Notes: generated by a model not told the origin, from the sequence alone. Shown: positions 49,566 through 58,632, counted from the first letter of the stretch. The stretch is 64,000 bases of DNA from Deferribacterales bacterium (GCA_050251875.1 JBFWMA010000007.1:64001-128000); one strand, 5' to 3'. Numbers and translations are program-made.

Positions 49566-50768
49566 TTATGCCTCCAGACTAGAGTTGAACAGAGCGTCCA
49601 GACGTTTCAGCAGAGCGCCCATGTCAGTGGAATATATATAGTCCCAGCCGATCCAGTTGAATTTCATGGTCTCGGGCAGTCTGTTGTCCACCTCGCTGTT
49701 CAGAGCGGGGAAGAGACCTCTGTGGCTGAGTATTTCGCCCACCTCTTTTCCGTAAAGGAAATCGGCGGCGGATTTTATCACTTCTTTTCTGTCACGTCTT
49801 GTCAGCATAAAGATGGGGCTGATGATACATCCCTCCTCAGGAAAGACGATCTCGACTGTTTTGTTGCCGAACAGCATCTTTGTAAAGAAATACGGCATGA
49901 TGGTTACTGCGGGTTTTTCAACGTTCTTTTTCCCGGCGTTTTTCACCATCTGAGCGGGGTGCATGGACTGAACCATGCTGTCAGCCAGATTTACCACGCC
50001 CTCATCGCCGAACATGCGGTGTATATGCACCAGCAGAGCGTTGAACAGGTCGAAGTCGCCCACGGGGAGCGATACACTGCGTCTGAACTCAGGCTTCAGG
50101 ATATCCGCCCAGCTCTTCGGAACTTCTCTGCCTTCCAGAGCGTCCAGATTCACCATAAAAACAGCCGGCACGACACCCACCATTCCATAATTGCCTCTGG
50201 GATCTTTTAATCCGCTCATGTAGCCGTGGCAAGCGCCTGTCATATCTTCGAACATGCCCTCTTTCACCAGACCACCCAGAGAAGCGTCATCGAAGAAAAC
50301 ATCGAATCCGGCGGATACGAATATATCCGGCACATTCTCCGCTTTGATACCCACAACGTTCTCCTCCAGCCAGCTCTGACCGCCGGAAGCGGCTATCAGC
50401 TCGTGGGCGATGGTGAGCCCTGTTTCCTCTGTCACTTTCTGGGCAAAAGAATCTATGGACTCGAGCAATGGTAGGCGGACGGGACAGGGCAGAAGCCCCT
50501 TAACGGTGATGTCGCCCTCTTTCACTGATTCTCTGAGGGTGATATCCACCTGAGCGTCTCTGTTGCTGTCTATCTCATCCAGACTCTTTAAAAAAGTCTG
50601 AAGGTCGTAATTTTTCTGTTTTATAGCTGTTTCCAGTTTCAGAAACTTTCCGGCGGTCTCCAGCATCTTGGGTTCTTTAAAATTCTCAAAACCTTTGCTG
50701 GTGAAGAGACTGAATGCTGAAGGGTGCTGTTTTGAAAGTTCGTAAACTGTAATATTGGCGTTTATCAT
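49566..50768 (-). CDS. Signal-less substrate-binding-protein fold with N-terminal DUF1858-like domain
   Basis: N-terminal ITVYEL..HP..F.SKGF; LLPCPVR; P.SW.DIL.P; FPEEG..ISP (PotD/AfuA-like); no signal peptide or lipobox. Confidence 0.75.
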   Translation of the reverse strand: MINANITVYELSKQHPSAFSLFTSKGFENFKEPKMLETAGKFLKLETAIKQKNYDLQTFLKSLDEIDSNRDAQVDITLRESVKEGDITVKGLLPCPVRLPLLESIDSFAQKVTEETGLTIAHELIAASGGQSWLEENVVGIKAENVPDIFVSAGFDVFFDDASLGGLVKEGMFEDMTGACHGYMSGLKDPRGNYGMVGVVPAVFMVNLDALEGREVPKSWADILKPEFRRSVSLPVGDFDLFNALLVHIHRMFGDEGVVNLADSMVQSMHPAQMVKNAGKKNVEKPAVTIMPYFFTKMLFGNKTVEIVFPEEGCIISPIFMLTRRDRKEVIKSAADFLYGKEVGEILSHRGLFPALNSEVDNRLPETMKFNWIGWDYIYSTDMGALLKRLDALFNSSLEA

Positions 50769-50801
50769 TTATATCTCCTTGTATCCTGCTTTATGTTAGC
50801 C

Positions 50802-50842
50802 AATATACCCGGTGAACTAAAAAAATACTTGATTGGTGTCAA
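50802..50842 (-). promoter_or_regulatory. FNR/HcpR-type box with class II promoter geometry
   Basis: Minus strand TTGAC-ACCA-ATCAA (50829-50842) and -10 TATATT (50802-50807). The box centre lies about 41 nt upstream of the expected +1. Confidence 0.65.
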
Positions 50843-50851
50843 AAAAGAAAT

Positions 50852-50880
50852 AAAAAAAGGGAGGACTTTTATCCTCCCTT
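50852..50880 (-). terminator. Terminator of the marR-family gene
   Basis: Minus strand AAGGGAGGAT-AAAA-GTCCTCCC-TTTTTTT. Confidence 0.8.
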
Positions 50881-50908
50881 AATGTCTTCAGTGACGTCAT
50901 GACGAAAA

Positions 50909-51346
50909 TTATTTCTTTTCCAGTTTTCTACAGATAGTTATCAGAGAGCTAAGTTCTTCGGCGCTCAGATCGGTCATCTTTTCAGCGACATTCTGCTTAT
51001 ATATTTCAAAAGCATCGTTAAGAACCTGCCTGCCTTTGTCTGTGATACTCACGGTGAAATATCGTCTGTCCGCGGCGTCTTTTTTTCTGACCGCCAGCCC
51101 GTGCTTTTCCAGATTATCTATCACGGTTGTCATGTTGCCTGTCGTTTTTCTGATTATCTCGGCTATGTCTTTCTGGCACATGGAACCTTTATAGTTAAGG
51201 GCTTCCAGCACTCCGAACTGGCTTACGGTGATTCCTTCTTCCTTAAGATGAGCGTGCACGAACGAAGATACATGGTCTGACGCTTTCATTAAGCTGATGA
51301 AGGCATCCATGCTGAGGATTTCTTTTTCAAGAACTTGATTTTTCAC
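50909..51346 (-). CDS. MarR-family transcriptional regulator
   Basis: ITVSQFGVLE.L..QKDIA..GNMT.VIDNLEK.GL..DRR..IT.KG; GTG start after GGAGG. Confidence 0.88.
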   Translation of the reverse strand: MKNQVLEKEILSMDAFISLMKASDHVSSFVHAHLKEEGITVSQFGVLEALNYKGSMCQKDIAEIIRKTTGNMTTVIDNLEKHGLAVRKKDAADRRYFTVSITDKGRQVLNDAFEIYKQNVAEKMTDLSAEELSSLITICRKLEKK

Positions 51347-51358
51347 GGGACACCTCCT

Positions 51359-51398
51359 TTGTTTAACATTAAAATATATCTTATTAAATATTAAACAA
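51359..51398. promoter_or_regulatory. Inverted repeat, candidate MarR operator
   Basis: TTGTTTAACATT ... AATATTAAACAA directly upstream of the marR RBS. Confidence 0.5.
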
Positions 51399-51411
51399 GA
51401 CAAAAGAGGTG

Positions 51412-51768
51412 TCATTTAAGATTTTTTGCGCATTCTTCCCGGCAGAGAGTTTTTATCTTTGCCATGTCGGATTTTACTTCGGCGTCATCAGAGAGCTGTT
51501 TTTTGATATCTGATATGATGGAGCGAACCAGAGGATCGGCTGTGGGGTGATAGACAACCCATCTGCCCTCCTTCTCGGATTCTATAACTCCGGCGGAGCG
51601 CATCTGTTTCAGGTGAGACGAAATGGTGGAAAGGGCTATCCCCAGCACCGAATCGATCTCACATACACACAGAGGACGTTCCGAGAGCATCAGCATTATT
51701 CTCAGGCGGTTTTTATCCGCTATCGCCTTAATCATCTCTACGGTGTTATCAATCTTAGACATATTCAT
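51412..51768 (-). CDS. ArsR/SmtB-family regulator
   Basis: KAIAD.NRLRI..LCVCEI..STISSHL..EGRWV.Y. Confidence 0.9.
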   Translation of the reverse strand: MNMSKIDNTVEMIKAIADKNRLRIMLMLSERPLCVCEIDSVLGIALSTISSHLKQMRSAGVIESEKEGRWVVYHPTADPLVRSIISDIKKQLSDDAEVKSDMAKIKTLCREECAKNLK

Positions 51769-52106
51769 CCTTTAAATATAAAATAGACGGCTCCGACCAT
51801 ACAGAGCCCTGCCCATACATAGTTTAATTTAAGCGGTTCTTTCATAAAAAAGAAAGTAAAAGGCACAAAAACCGCAAGAGTTATTATCTCCTGAGTGATT
51901 TTTAGCTGTCCCAGCGACATCTCCGTGTACCCGAAACGGTTCGCCGGAACCTGTATCAGATATTCGAAAAAGGCTATACCCCAGCTTATAAAAACAGCCC
52001 ATATCCAGCTTCTGTCTCCGGCATGCTTCAGATGTCCGTACCAGGCGAACGTCATGAAGACATTGGAGGCGGTCAGCATCAGCATAAACAGCAGCGTTGT
52101 ACGCAT
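51765..52106 (-). CDS. Small DMT-family membrane protein (DUF486-like)
   Basis: SNVFMTFAWYGHLK, SWGIAFFEY..QVPANR.G, QLKITQE. Confidence 0.85.
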   Translation of the reverse strand: MRTTLLFMLMLTASNVFMTFAWYGHLKHAGDRSWIWAVFISWGIAFFEYLIQVPANRFGYTEMSLGQLKITQEIITLAVFVPFTFFFMKEPLKLNYVWAGLCMVGAVYFIFKG

Positions 52107-52120
52107 GTTTTGTACCTGTC

Positions 52121-52195
52121 CCCCTCTTTTTAAAAGAGGGGCTAGGGGAGATTTCTTTTAAGAAATCCCTCCCAGCCTCCCTTTGAAAAGGGAGG
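52121..52195. repeat. Composite palindromic intergenic element
   Basis: Three adjacent hairpins: CCCCTCTTTT/AAAAGAGGGG, GATTTCT/AGAAATC, CCTCCCTTT/AAAGGGAGG. The outer two are imperfect inverted copies of each other. Confidence 0.7.
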
Positions 52196-52206
52196 AGTAT
52201 TCTTTA

Positions 52207-54081
52207 TTAAAAGCTCTCGGTCATCACCTTCGTCATCAGCACGGCGAATCTGGCGGTGTCTGAAGGCATGTTGCCCTCCAGAATCAGAGCCTGATTATAC
52301 AGCAGTTCGCTGATGTCGGATATCTTTTCGCTGTCGGCGTTCTTTTCGAACTCGGCGTTCAGCATCTCCACCAGCCTGTGGTCGGGGTTCAGCTCCAGAA
52401 TCTTCTGACGGGCGGGAACTGCCTGTCCCATCTGCTTCAGCATGGCTTCCAGAGACGGGTCAATGTCTGAATCGCCGGAGACCAGCACACAGGGGGAGTT
52501 CTTGAGTCTGGATGAAAGCCTGACTTCGCTCACGCTGTCTTTCAGAACGTCTTTAACCTTCTCTGTCAGTTTGGCGAAGTGTTCTTTCTTCTCTTTTTTC
52601 TCTTCTGTGCTGTCGAGGTTTATGTCGCCTTTCAGGATGGATTTGAACTGTTTGTCCTTATACTTCATCAGACCGGAGATGATGATATCGTCCACCTCGT
52701 CTGTCATGAAGAGCACCTCGAGATCTTTCTCTTTCAGCGCTTCCAGATAGGGGGATGATTCCAGCTCGGTTCTGTTTTTTCCGGTTATGTAGTAAATCTC
52801 GTTCTGCTCTGTCTTCATCCTGCCGATGTATTCATCCAGACTGGTATATTTGCCCTTGTCCGTGGCGGTGGATTCCATGATGAGCAGAGAGGCGATCTCC
52901 TCTTTTTTGGTAAATTCGAAATGGATGCCCTCTTTCAGCACACGCCCGAATTCCTTGAAAAACTCCTCATACTTAGCCGGTTCGTTTGTCTTCATCTGTG
53001 TCAGGTTGTCCAGAACCTTTTTGGTGATGTTTTTGCGGATTATCTCCACCATCTTGTTGTTCTGGAGAATCTCACGGGACACGTTCAGAGGCAGGTCGGA
53101 TGAATCCACCACGCCTTTTACGAATCTGAGATACTGAGGCACCAGATCGGCGCAGTGATCCATAATCTGCACACGGCGCACATAGAGTGCCGGACCTGAC
53201 TTATAGTCGGCATAGAGAATGTTCATGGGCGCTTTCTGAGGGATATATAAGAGAGCGGAGAACTCTGTTGTTCCTTCCGCCTTGAAATGTATAGTCACTG
53301 ACGGATCGGTGAAATCGTGAGAAACGTGTCTGTAGAACTGGTTATATTCGTCCTCGGTCACGTCCGCCTTGTCCTTCAGCCAGATGGCCTTCATGGAGTT
53401 CAGCGTCTCTTCCTCGGTCACGTCTTTGTCTTCCTGTTTTTTCGTAACATCCATCACCACGGGATAGCTGATGTAGTCTGAATATCTTTTTACAACGTCT
53501 TTCAGCTCCCATTCTGTGGCATAATCCTTCTCATCGGCTTTAAGATGCAGAACAACGTCTGTGCCTCTGGTCGCCTTGTCGCACTGTTCCACTGTGAAGG
53601 AACCGTCCGCTGTGGACTCCCATTTTATACCGATGCTTTTGTCCTCACCCGCTTTTCTGGAATAGACAGTGACTTTATCCGCCACCATGAAGGCGGAATA
53701 GAATCCCACGCCGAACTGACCGATCAGCTCGGGGTTTTCCTTCGCCTCTTTGTTTTCCAGAAGCTGCATGAACTCCTTTGTACCTGAGTGGGCAATGGTT
53801 CCGAGAGCCTTTACTGCCTCGTCTTTTGTCATGCCTATACCGTTATCGGATATAGTCAGGGTCATGCCTGTTTCATCGGGAACCAGTTTTATTCTGTAGT
53901 TGGCGTCCCCTTCCAGCAGGGAGTCATTGGTGAGAGCCTCGAACCTCAGCTTGTCGATGGCGTCTGAAGCGTTTGATATCAGCTCTCTTAAAAAGATCTC
54001 TTTGTGAGAATAGAGAGAATGGATCATCAGTTCCAGAAGTTTGTTCACCTCGGTTTTGAACTGCATTCTTTCCTGTGACAT
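52207..54081 (-). CDS. htpG: Chaperone HtpG (Hsp90)
   Basis: YSHKEIFLRELISNASDA, DNGIGMT, IGQFGVGFYSAF, DLPLNVSREILQ. Confidence 0.97.
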   Translation of the reverse strand: MSQERMQFKTEVNKLLELMIHSLYSHKEIFLRELISNASDAIDKLRFEALTNDSLLEGDANYRIKLVPDETGMTLTISDNGIGMTKDEAVKALGTIAHSGTKEFMQLLENKEAKENPELIGQFGVGFYSAFMVADKVTVYSRKAGEDKSIGIKWESTADGSFTVEQCDKATRGTDVVLHLKADEKDYATEWELKDVVKRYSDYISYPVVMDVTKKQEDKDVTEEETLNSMKAIWLKDKADVTEDEYNQFYRHVSHDFTDPSVTIHFKAEGTTEFSALLYIPQKAPMNILYADYKSGPALYVRRVQIMDHCADLVPQYLRFVKGVVDSSDLPLNVSREILQNNKMVEIIRKNITKKVLDNLTQMKTNEPAKYEEFFKEFGRVLKEGIHFEFTKKEEIASLLIMESTATDKGKYTSLDEYIGRMKTEQNEIYYITGKNRTELESSPYLEALKEKDLEVLFMTDEVDDIIISGLMKYKDKQFKSILKGDINLDSTEEKKEKKEHFAKLTEKVKDVLKDSVSEVRLSSRLKNSPCVLVSGDSDIDPSLEAMLKQMGQAVPARQKILELNPDHRLVEMLNAEFEKNADSEKISDISELLYNQALILEGNMPSDTARFAVLMTKVMTESF

Positions 54082-54185
54082 TCCTTTACCTCCAAAATAA
54101 TTGATTTGCGAATATGAATATTATGCGAATACCAGAAAAAATCAACCTCTTGTTTTTCATCATAAAATAGTGTTATCTGTTTGCT

Positions 54186-55742
54186 ATGGACGGACTTACA
54201 CTCACCAAAGCGGTAAACATCCTCAGACAGAGATATATCGGGGCGCAGGCGGCTAAGCTGAATGTCACTGAATCGGGGCTGAGCATCGGGCTCTTCACAT
54301 CCGAACGCTCGGCGCTGAACGTGCGCGTCACCGGAGGCAGTCCCACAATATATCTGTCGGATGATGTGATAGGCGTGAAAGACCCCGCTCTGGACAGGCT
54401 GTCCGGCGGAAAGATATCCGACATAGGGTGCAGGCGGTATGACCGTCTGTTCTACATAAACATAGCCAAGCGCAGACCCAGCGGAAAGATAGAGACCCAC
54501 AGGCTGATCTTCGAACTGATCGGAAAGATGGCGAACGTCTGCATGGTGAACGAAGCCGGAAACATAATCTGGCTGTTCTGCAAAAACAACGCTGACGGCG
54601 ACAGGGATTTTTCCGTTGGAGCGAAATATGCCCAGCCCAGATTGAACAAACAGCAGACGCTGGACAAATATTCCGGAAAAGACTTTAACGACCTGCTGGG
54701 GTTCTATCCCGTGACGGCGAAACACGCCGACCAGTACGTCAAAAACAACTACAGCTTTGACGAAACAGCCGCTCTCATCAGAGAGAGCCTGAGTGACGAA
54801 ATATTCTACAGAGACGCTCAGGGCAGGATAATTCCGTTCAGACCGTTCGGCGAATCCGAAGAGATCAGGATAGAGGATCTGTCTGCGGGCGCTGTGAAGA
54901 TGAGCGTGAAAAAAGAGAGCGACATCCGCCCACGCCTCACAAGATTCTTTGAAAAACAGGCGGAGAAGTATCTTAGGCTGAAAGATCAGCTTCTGATGGA
55001 GCTGAAAGAGGCGGAGAAATTCCCGGAAACAAGACGCATGGCTGATCTGCTGAAGGCGAACCTGCATGTTCTGAAAAACGCCAGAGGATCTGTCAGTCTG
55101 GATGAATACACATCAGACGGCATAGTGAAAGTGCCGTATGACATACCCGAGCTGTTCGACCCGAACCACGAGGTGAACAGGCTCTATAGAAAAGCGGACA
55201 AGCAGGAGAGATCGGTGGGACTGCTCCACGGCAGGATGCAGGAGATAGACAACATCATCGATTCCGCTCTGGAACAGCTCTACTACATAGAGATATCCGC
55301 ATCGGATGATGAGCTGCGTGAACTGGCTCTGGAGATGAAAAGATCGGAGCCGAAGAAAAAACAGCAGATCAAGGAAAAACAGTTCATAAAGATAGACGTT
55401 GGTGCAGGCACGGCATACATCGGCAGAAACTCTGTGAGCAACCACAGGCTGGTGTTCCAGTTCGCCAACCCGAATGACTGGTGGTTTCATGCGCAAAAAA
55501 CGCCTTCCGCTCACCTGATATTCCGAAAGGACGGCAACATCACGCCTGACGAAACAGAGATGTGCGCCGCCATCACCGCCGGCATGAGCAAGCGGAAAAC
55601 AGACCTGAAAGTAACCGTTGACTATACCCAGAAAAAGAACGTAAAAAAGCCGAAGAATACACCGCCCGGCTTTGTTATTTATCACAGGTTCAAATCAGTT
55701 ATTGCGGAACCTGTCTTTTTAGACGAAAATACCCTTGGCTGA
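54186..55742 (+). CDS. rqcH: NFACT/RqcH (FbpA-like) ribosome quality-control protein
   Basis: MDG start, DR motif, ELIGK..N, coiled coil, GRNS..N..WFHA..PSAH..VDYT..K.V.KP..PGFV.Y. Confidence 0.85.
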   Translation: MDGLTLTKAVNILRQRYIGAQAAKLNVTESGLSIGLFTSERSALNVRVTGGSPTIYLSDDVIGVKDPALDRLSGGKISDIGCRRYDRLFYINIAKRRPSGKIETHRLIFELIGKMANVCMVNEAGNIIWLFCKNNADGDRDFSVGAKYAQPRLNKQQTLDKYSGKDFNDLLGFYPVTAKHADQYVKNNYSFDETAALIRESLSDEIFYRDAQGRIIPFRPFGESEEIRIEDLSAGAVKMSVKKESDIRPRLTRFFEKQAEKYLRLKDQLLMELKEAEKFPETRRMADLLKANLHVLKNARGSVSLDEYTSDGIVKVPYDIPELFDPNHEVNRLYRKADKQERSVGLLHGRMQEIDNIIDSALEQLYYIEISASDDELRELALEMKRSEPKKKQQIKEKQFIKIDVGAGTAYIGRNSVSNHRLVFQFANPNDWWFHAQKTPSAHLIFRKDGNITPDETEMCAAITAGMSKRKTDLKVTVDYTQKKNVKKPKNTPPGFVIYHRFKSVIAEPVFLDENTLG

Positions 55743-55758
55743 TACAACTCCCCGCCCC

Positions 55759-55795
55759 CGTCATTGCGAGGAGGTGTACACCGACGCGGCAATCT
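55759..55795 (+). repeat. GTCATTGCGA..GCAATCT palindromic repeat copy
   Basis: CGTCATTGCGAGGAGGTGTACACCGACGCGGCAATCT; same ends as the copies at 58310 and 58522. Confidence 0.7.
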
Positions 55796-55852
55796 GCGTT
55801 CGGGGCTTTACAACATATAAATACTGAATATATTGTTTTAACGGAGATACAA

Positions 55853-56161
55853 ATGGATAAAATTGAAGCACTGAGAAAGAAGGCTATATTTCAGGCGGCA
55901 AGACGCGCCATCCTGGAAAACGAGATCTTCGTTCGTGATTACGTTACAAACCACCTGCCCGAAAGCTATGGTGAAAAAGAACTGGAAGACCTCATCAACA
56001 TGCTGGTGAAAATTTTCGACAACGACCTTTTCGATGTTATCATGGGCGTGAAGAAGACAGAAGATTTTGAGGGCATGTACGACCAGCGTCTGCTGAAAGA
56101 CATAGAAAACTTCGCCGTCAGAAGACGTGAAGAGATAAAGCAAGCAAAAGGACTGGCATAA
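55853..56161 (+). CDS. SdhE/Sdh5-like flavinylation assembly factor
   Basis: RKK..F.A.RRAILENE..D.DL, resembling the SdhE RRGMLELD..D.DL pattern. Confidence 0.65.
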   Translation: MDKIEALRKKAIFQAARRAILENEIFVRDYVTNHLPESYGEKELEDLINMLVKIFDNDLFDVIMGVKKTEDFEGMYDQRLLKDIENFAVRRREEIKQAKGLA

Positions 56162-56162
56162 T

Positions 56163-56465
56163 ATGAACGAACGCTGGATGGCCGTTTTTGAGGATATGAC
56201 ATGGTATGACGCCAAGCTGGACTGCGAAGGCGACACATGCGAGATGTATCTTTATACCAATAAAAAGAAAATAAAGGTCAAAAAGCTGAAACAGAATGAT
56301 TTCACCAAGGTAATCCGTGTGGAAGACCGCATGTCCGGCGACATTATCGATCTGGTGGATTTCAACGAGATGGACAGGTTTTTTGAGCAGAACACAATCA
56401 TATTTAAAAACAGAGTCGGACTTCATAAAGAGGTCCGCAGATATATAGATTTCAGTCTGAAATAA
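56163..56465 (+). CDS. Hypothetical protein
   Basis: 100 aa ORF packed tightly between its operon neighbours. Confidence 0.7.
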   Translation: MNERWMAVFEDMTWYDAKLDCEGDTCEMYLYTNKKKIKVKKLKQNDFTKVIRVEDRMSGDIIDLVDFNEMDRFFEQNTIIFKNRVGLHKEVRRYIDFSLK

Positions 56466-57454
56466 TGTCCAGAGTCGGCTTTACCACCACTATTCCGGTT
56501 GAGATAATTCTGGCGGCGGGCAAGGTGCCCGTTGACCTGAACAACGTCTTCATCACAGATACAGACCCCATGAGAATGGCGGAATCGGCAGAGGATGACG
56601 GACTGCCCCGCAACCTGTGCGCATGGATCAAGGGCATATACGCCGCTGTGAAACAGGCGGACATAGACGAAGTGATCGCCGTGACACAGGGCGATTGCAG
56701 TAATTCGCACGCTCTGGCGGAGCTCTTTATCAATGACGGGATCAAGGTACACTCATTCAGCTATCCCTTCGAAAAAGAACACAGATACGAAACACTTAAA
56801 AGCGAGATGGAGCGTTTCGCCAAATCCATCGGCACAACGCTTGAAAAAGGCATAGAATATTCCAAAAAGACAGACAGCGTGCGGGCAAAACTGCGCAGGC
56901 TGGACGAGCTGACCACAGAGGGCAAAGTGACAGGTTTCGAAAACCACCTGTGGCTGGTGACCTCCACCGACTTCAACACCGACCTGAAAAAATATGAAAC
57001 CGAGCTGGATGCTTTTCTGAAAGAGGCGGAGGCACGGGTGCCCGACACCGGGGGACTTAAAATAGGCTTCATCGGCGTTCCGACTATTTTTTCAGACATA
57101 TATCAGTTTATGGAATCAAAAGGCGCAAAGGTAATCTTCAACGAGATACAGCGCCAGTTCGCCATCCCCTCAGACGACCCGGACTACATCAGAAGATATG
57201 CGGAATACACCTATCCTTATGACGTTTTCGGCAGGGTCGCTGACATAAAAGAGCAGAAACAGCAGAGAAAGCTGGACGGCATAATCCACTATGTCCAGTC
57301 GTTCTGCTACCGCCAGATGCAGGATATCATCATCAGAAAAGAGATCAACTGCCCTATCTTAACCATAGAGGGGGACGCTCCGTCAGGCATAGACGCCAGA
57401 ACCAAAATACGCATAGAGTCGTTTCTGGAGATGCTGGAGGCGAAGAAGAGATGA
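56465..57454 (+). CDS. 2-hydroxyacyl-CoA dehydratase (HgdB/FldC-like) family Fe-S protein
   Basis: P.EII.AAG..P, LCAWIKG, QGDCSN, QSFC, IE.D..TKIRIESF.EML. Confidence 0.85.
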   Translation: MSRVGFTTTIPVEIILAAGKVPVDLNNVFITDTDPMRMAESAEDDGLPRNLCAWIKGIYAAVKQADIDEVIAVTQGDCSNSHALAELFINDGIKVHSFSYPFEKEHRYETLKSEMERFAKSIGTTLEKGIEYSKKTDSVRAKLRRLDELTTEGKVTGFENHLWLVTSTDFNTDLKKYETELDAFLKEAEARVPDTGGLKIGFIGVPTIFSDIYQFMESKGAKVIFNEIQRQFAIPSDDPDYIRRYAEYTYPYDVFGRVADIKEQKQQRKLDGIIHYVQSFCYRQMQDIIIRKEINCPILTIEGDAPSGIDARTKIRIESFLEMLEAKKR

Positions 57455-58194
57455 AACTCGGCATAGACCTCGGAAGCAGATTTGTAAAAATAGCAGTACA
57501 GACGGAGACAGGCATAACCTATCACCGTGAAGACACGGTATTTTTCTATAAAAACAGGGTGAAAAGAGAGAAAGGTGACGTGTTCATCGATCTCACATCA
57601 TACGGAGCGGACGAGACCTGCCGGATAACCGCCACAGGATACGGACGAAACATGATGTCATTCGCCAACGCCAACGTGATATCCGAGATAAAGGCGCACT
57701 ACAGAGGCGCTCTGGAATCCACTGGCGAGCAGGAATTCATTCTGGTGGATGTGGGCGGACAGGACAGCAAGGTGATATACGTCCGTGACGGCTACATTGA
57801 CGATTTTGTGATGAACGACAAATGCGCCGCCAGCACAGGGCGGTTTCTGGAAAACGCCTGCCGGATACTGGACATATCTCTGGACGAACTGTCTGACATG
57901 ACGGCAGAACCCGTGAAGCTGAACAGCACCTGCGCCATATTCAGTGAAAGCGAGCTGGTGGGCAAGATAGCTGAGGGTTTTTCAATAGAATCAATAGGTG
58001 CCGGGGTGAACGAAAGCATCGCCAGAAGGCTGTTTCCGCTCATCAGAAAATACAGGCACAAAAAAATATTCGCCGCCGGAGGCGTGGCTTCCAACGCAGG
58101 TCTGCTGAAATTTTTATCCGAAATGTCCGGCACAGAGATCGAACCAATCAACAACCCGCAGTACAACGGCTGTTTCGGCTGTTTATTCTATTAG
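57451..58194 (+). CDS. CoA-substrate-specific enzyme activase (HgdC/BadF-type ASKHA ATPase)
   Basis: GIDLGS, ATGYGR, SEI.AH, DVGGQDSK, MNDKCAA.TGRFLE, STCAIF.ESE, GGVA.N. Confidence 0.92.
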   Translation: MKLGIDLGSRFVKIAVQTETGITYHREDTVFFYKNRVKREKGDVFIDLTSYGADETCRITATGYGRNMMSFANANVISEIKAHYRGALESTGEQEFILVDVGGQDSKVIYVRDGYIDDFVMNDKCAASTGRFLENACRILDISLDELSDMTAEPVKLNSTCAIFSESELVGKIAEGFSIESIGAGVNESIARRLFPLIRKYRHKKIFAAGGVASNAGLLKFLSEMSGTEIEPINNPQYNGCFGCLFY

Positions 58195-58597
58195 CAAAAA
58201 TTCATTCGTCCATGAAGAATTTTTGATACCGCTCCATATCGGCAAAGCCTCAATTACGCTTACGTTCCGCTTCGCTCCACGAACAACATCCTGTTATTTA
58301 TAACTTACAGTCATTGCGAACCAACGAAGTTGGTGTGGCAATCTCATACAAACAAAAATTCATCCATCCATGGAAAACATCAGGCTATGTTCCCTGATGT
58401 TTCTGCACCAAGCTAGCTATAGAATTTTTGATACCGTTACGTTCGGAGCAAATCCTCACTCCACTTACACTCCGTAGATAAATCTGCTCCACGAACAACA
58501 TCCTGTTGTTTATAACTTACCGTCATTGCGAACCAACGCAGTTGGTGTGGCAATCTCGTTTAAAACACAGAGATTGCAACGATTCGCTCGCAATGAC
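58195..58597. repeat. Tandem duplication of a structured 150-205 bp element plus an inverted partial copy
   Basis: Units 58195-58345 and 58353-58557 share CAAAAATTC..GAATTTTTGATACCG and a near-identical 72 bp 3' end. GAGATTGC..CGCAATGAC (58570-58597) is the inverse of that end. Confidence 0.85.
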
Positions 58598-58604
58598 AAT
58601 GCAC

Positions 58605-58632
58605 AAAAAAGGCGGTCAAATCGACCGCCTTT
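58605..58632. terminator. Terminator, strongest on the minus strand
   Basis: AAAAAAGGCGGTC-AAATC-GACCGCCTTT. Confidence 0.8.

Noticed and set aside
54082..54185. Heat-shock operator upstream of htpG; TGCGAATA occurs twice
   Set aside because: No CIRCE match, and the 8-mer repeat is too short to support a call.
54045..55067. 340 aa minus-strand ORF
   Set aside because: Antisense shadow of rqcH with no recognisable motifs.
58195..58597. Possible CRISPR array
   Set aside because: Only two long units, no regular short repeat-spacer period, and no cas genes in the window.
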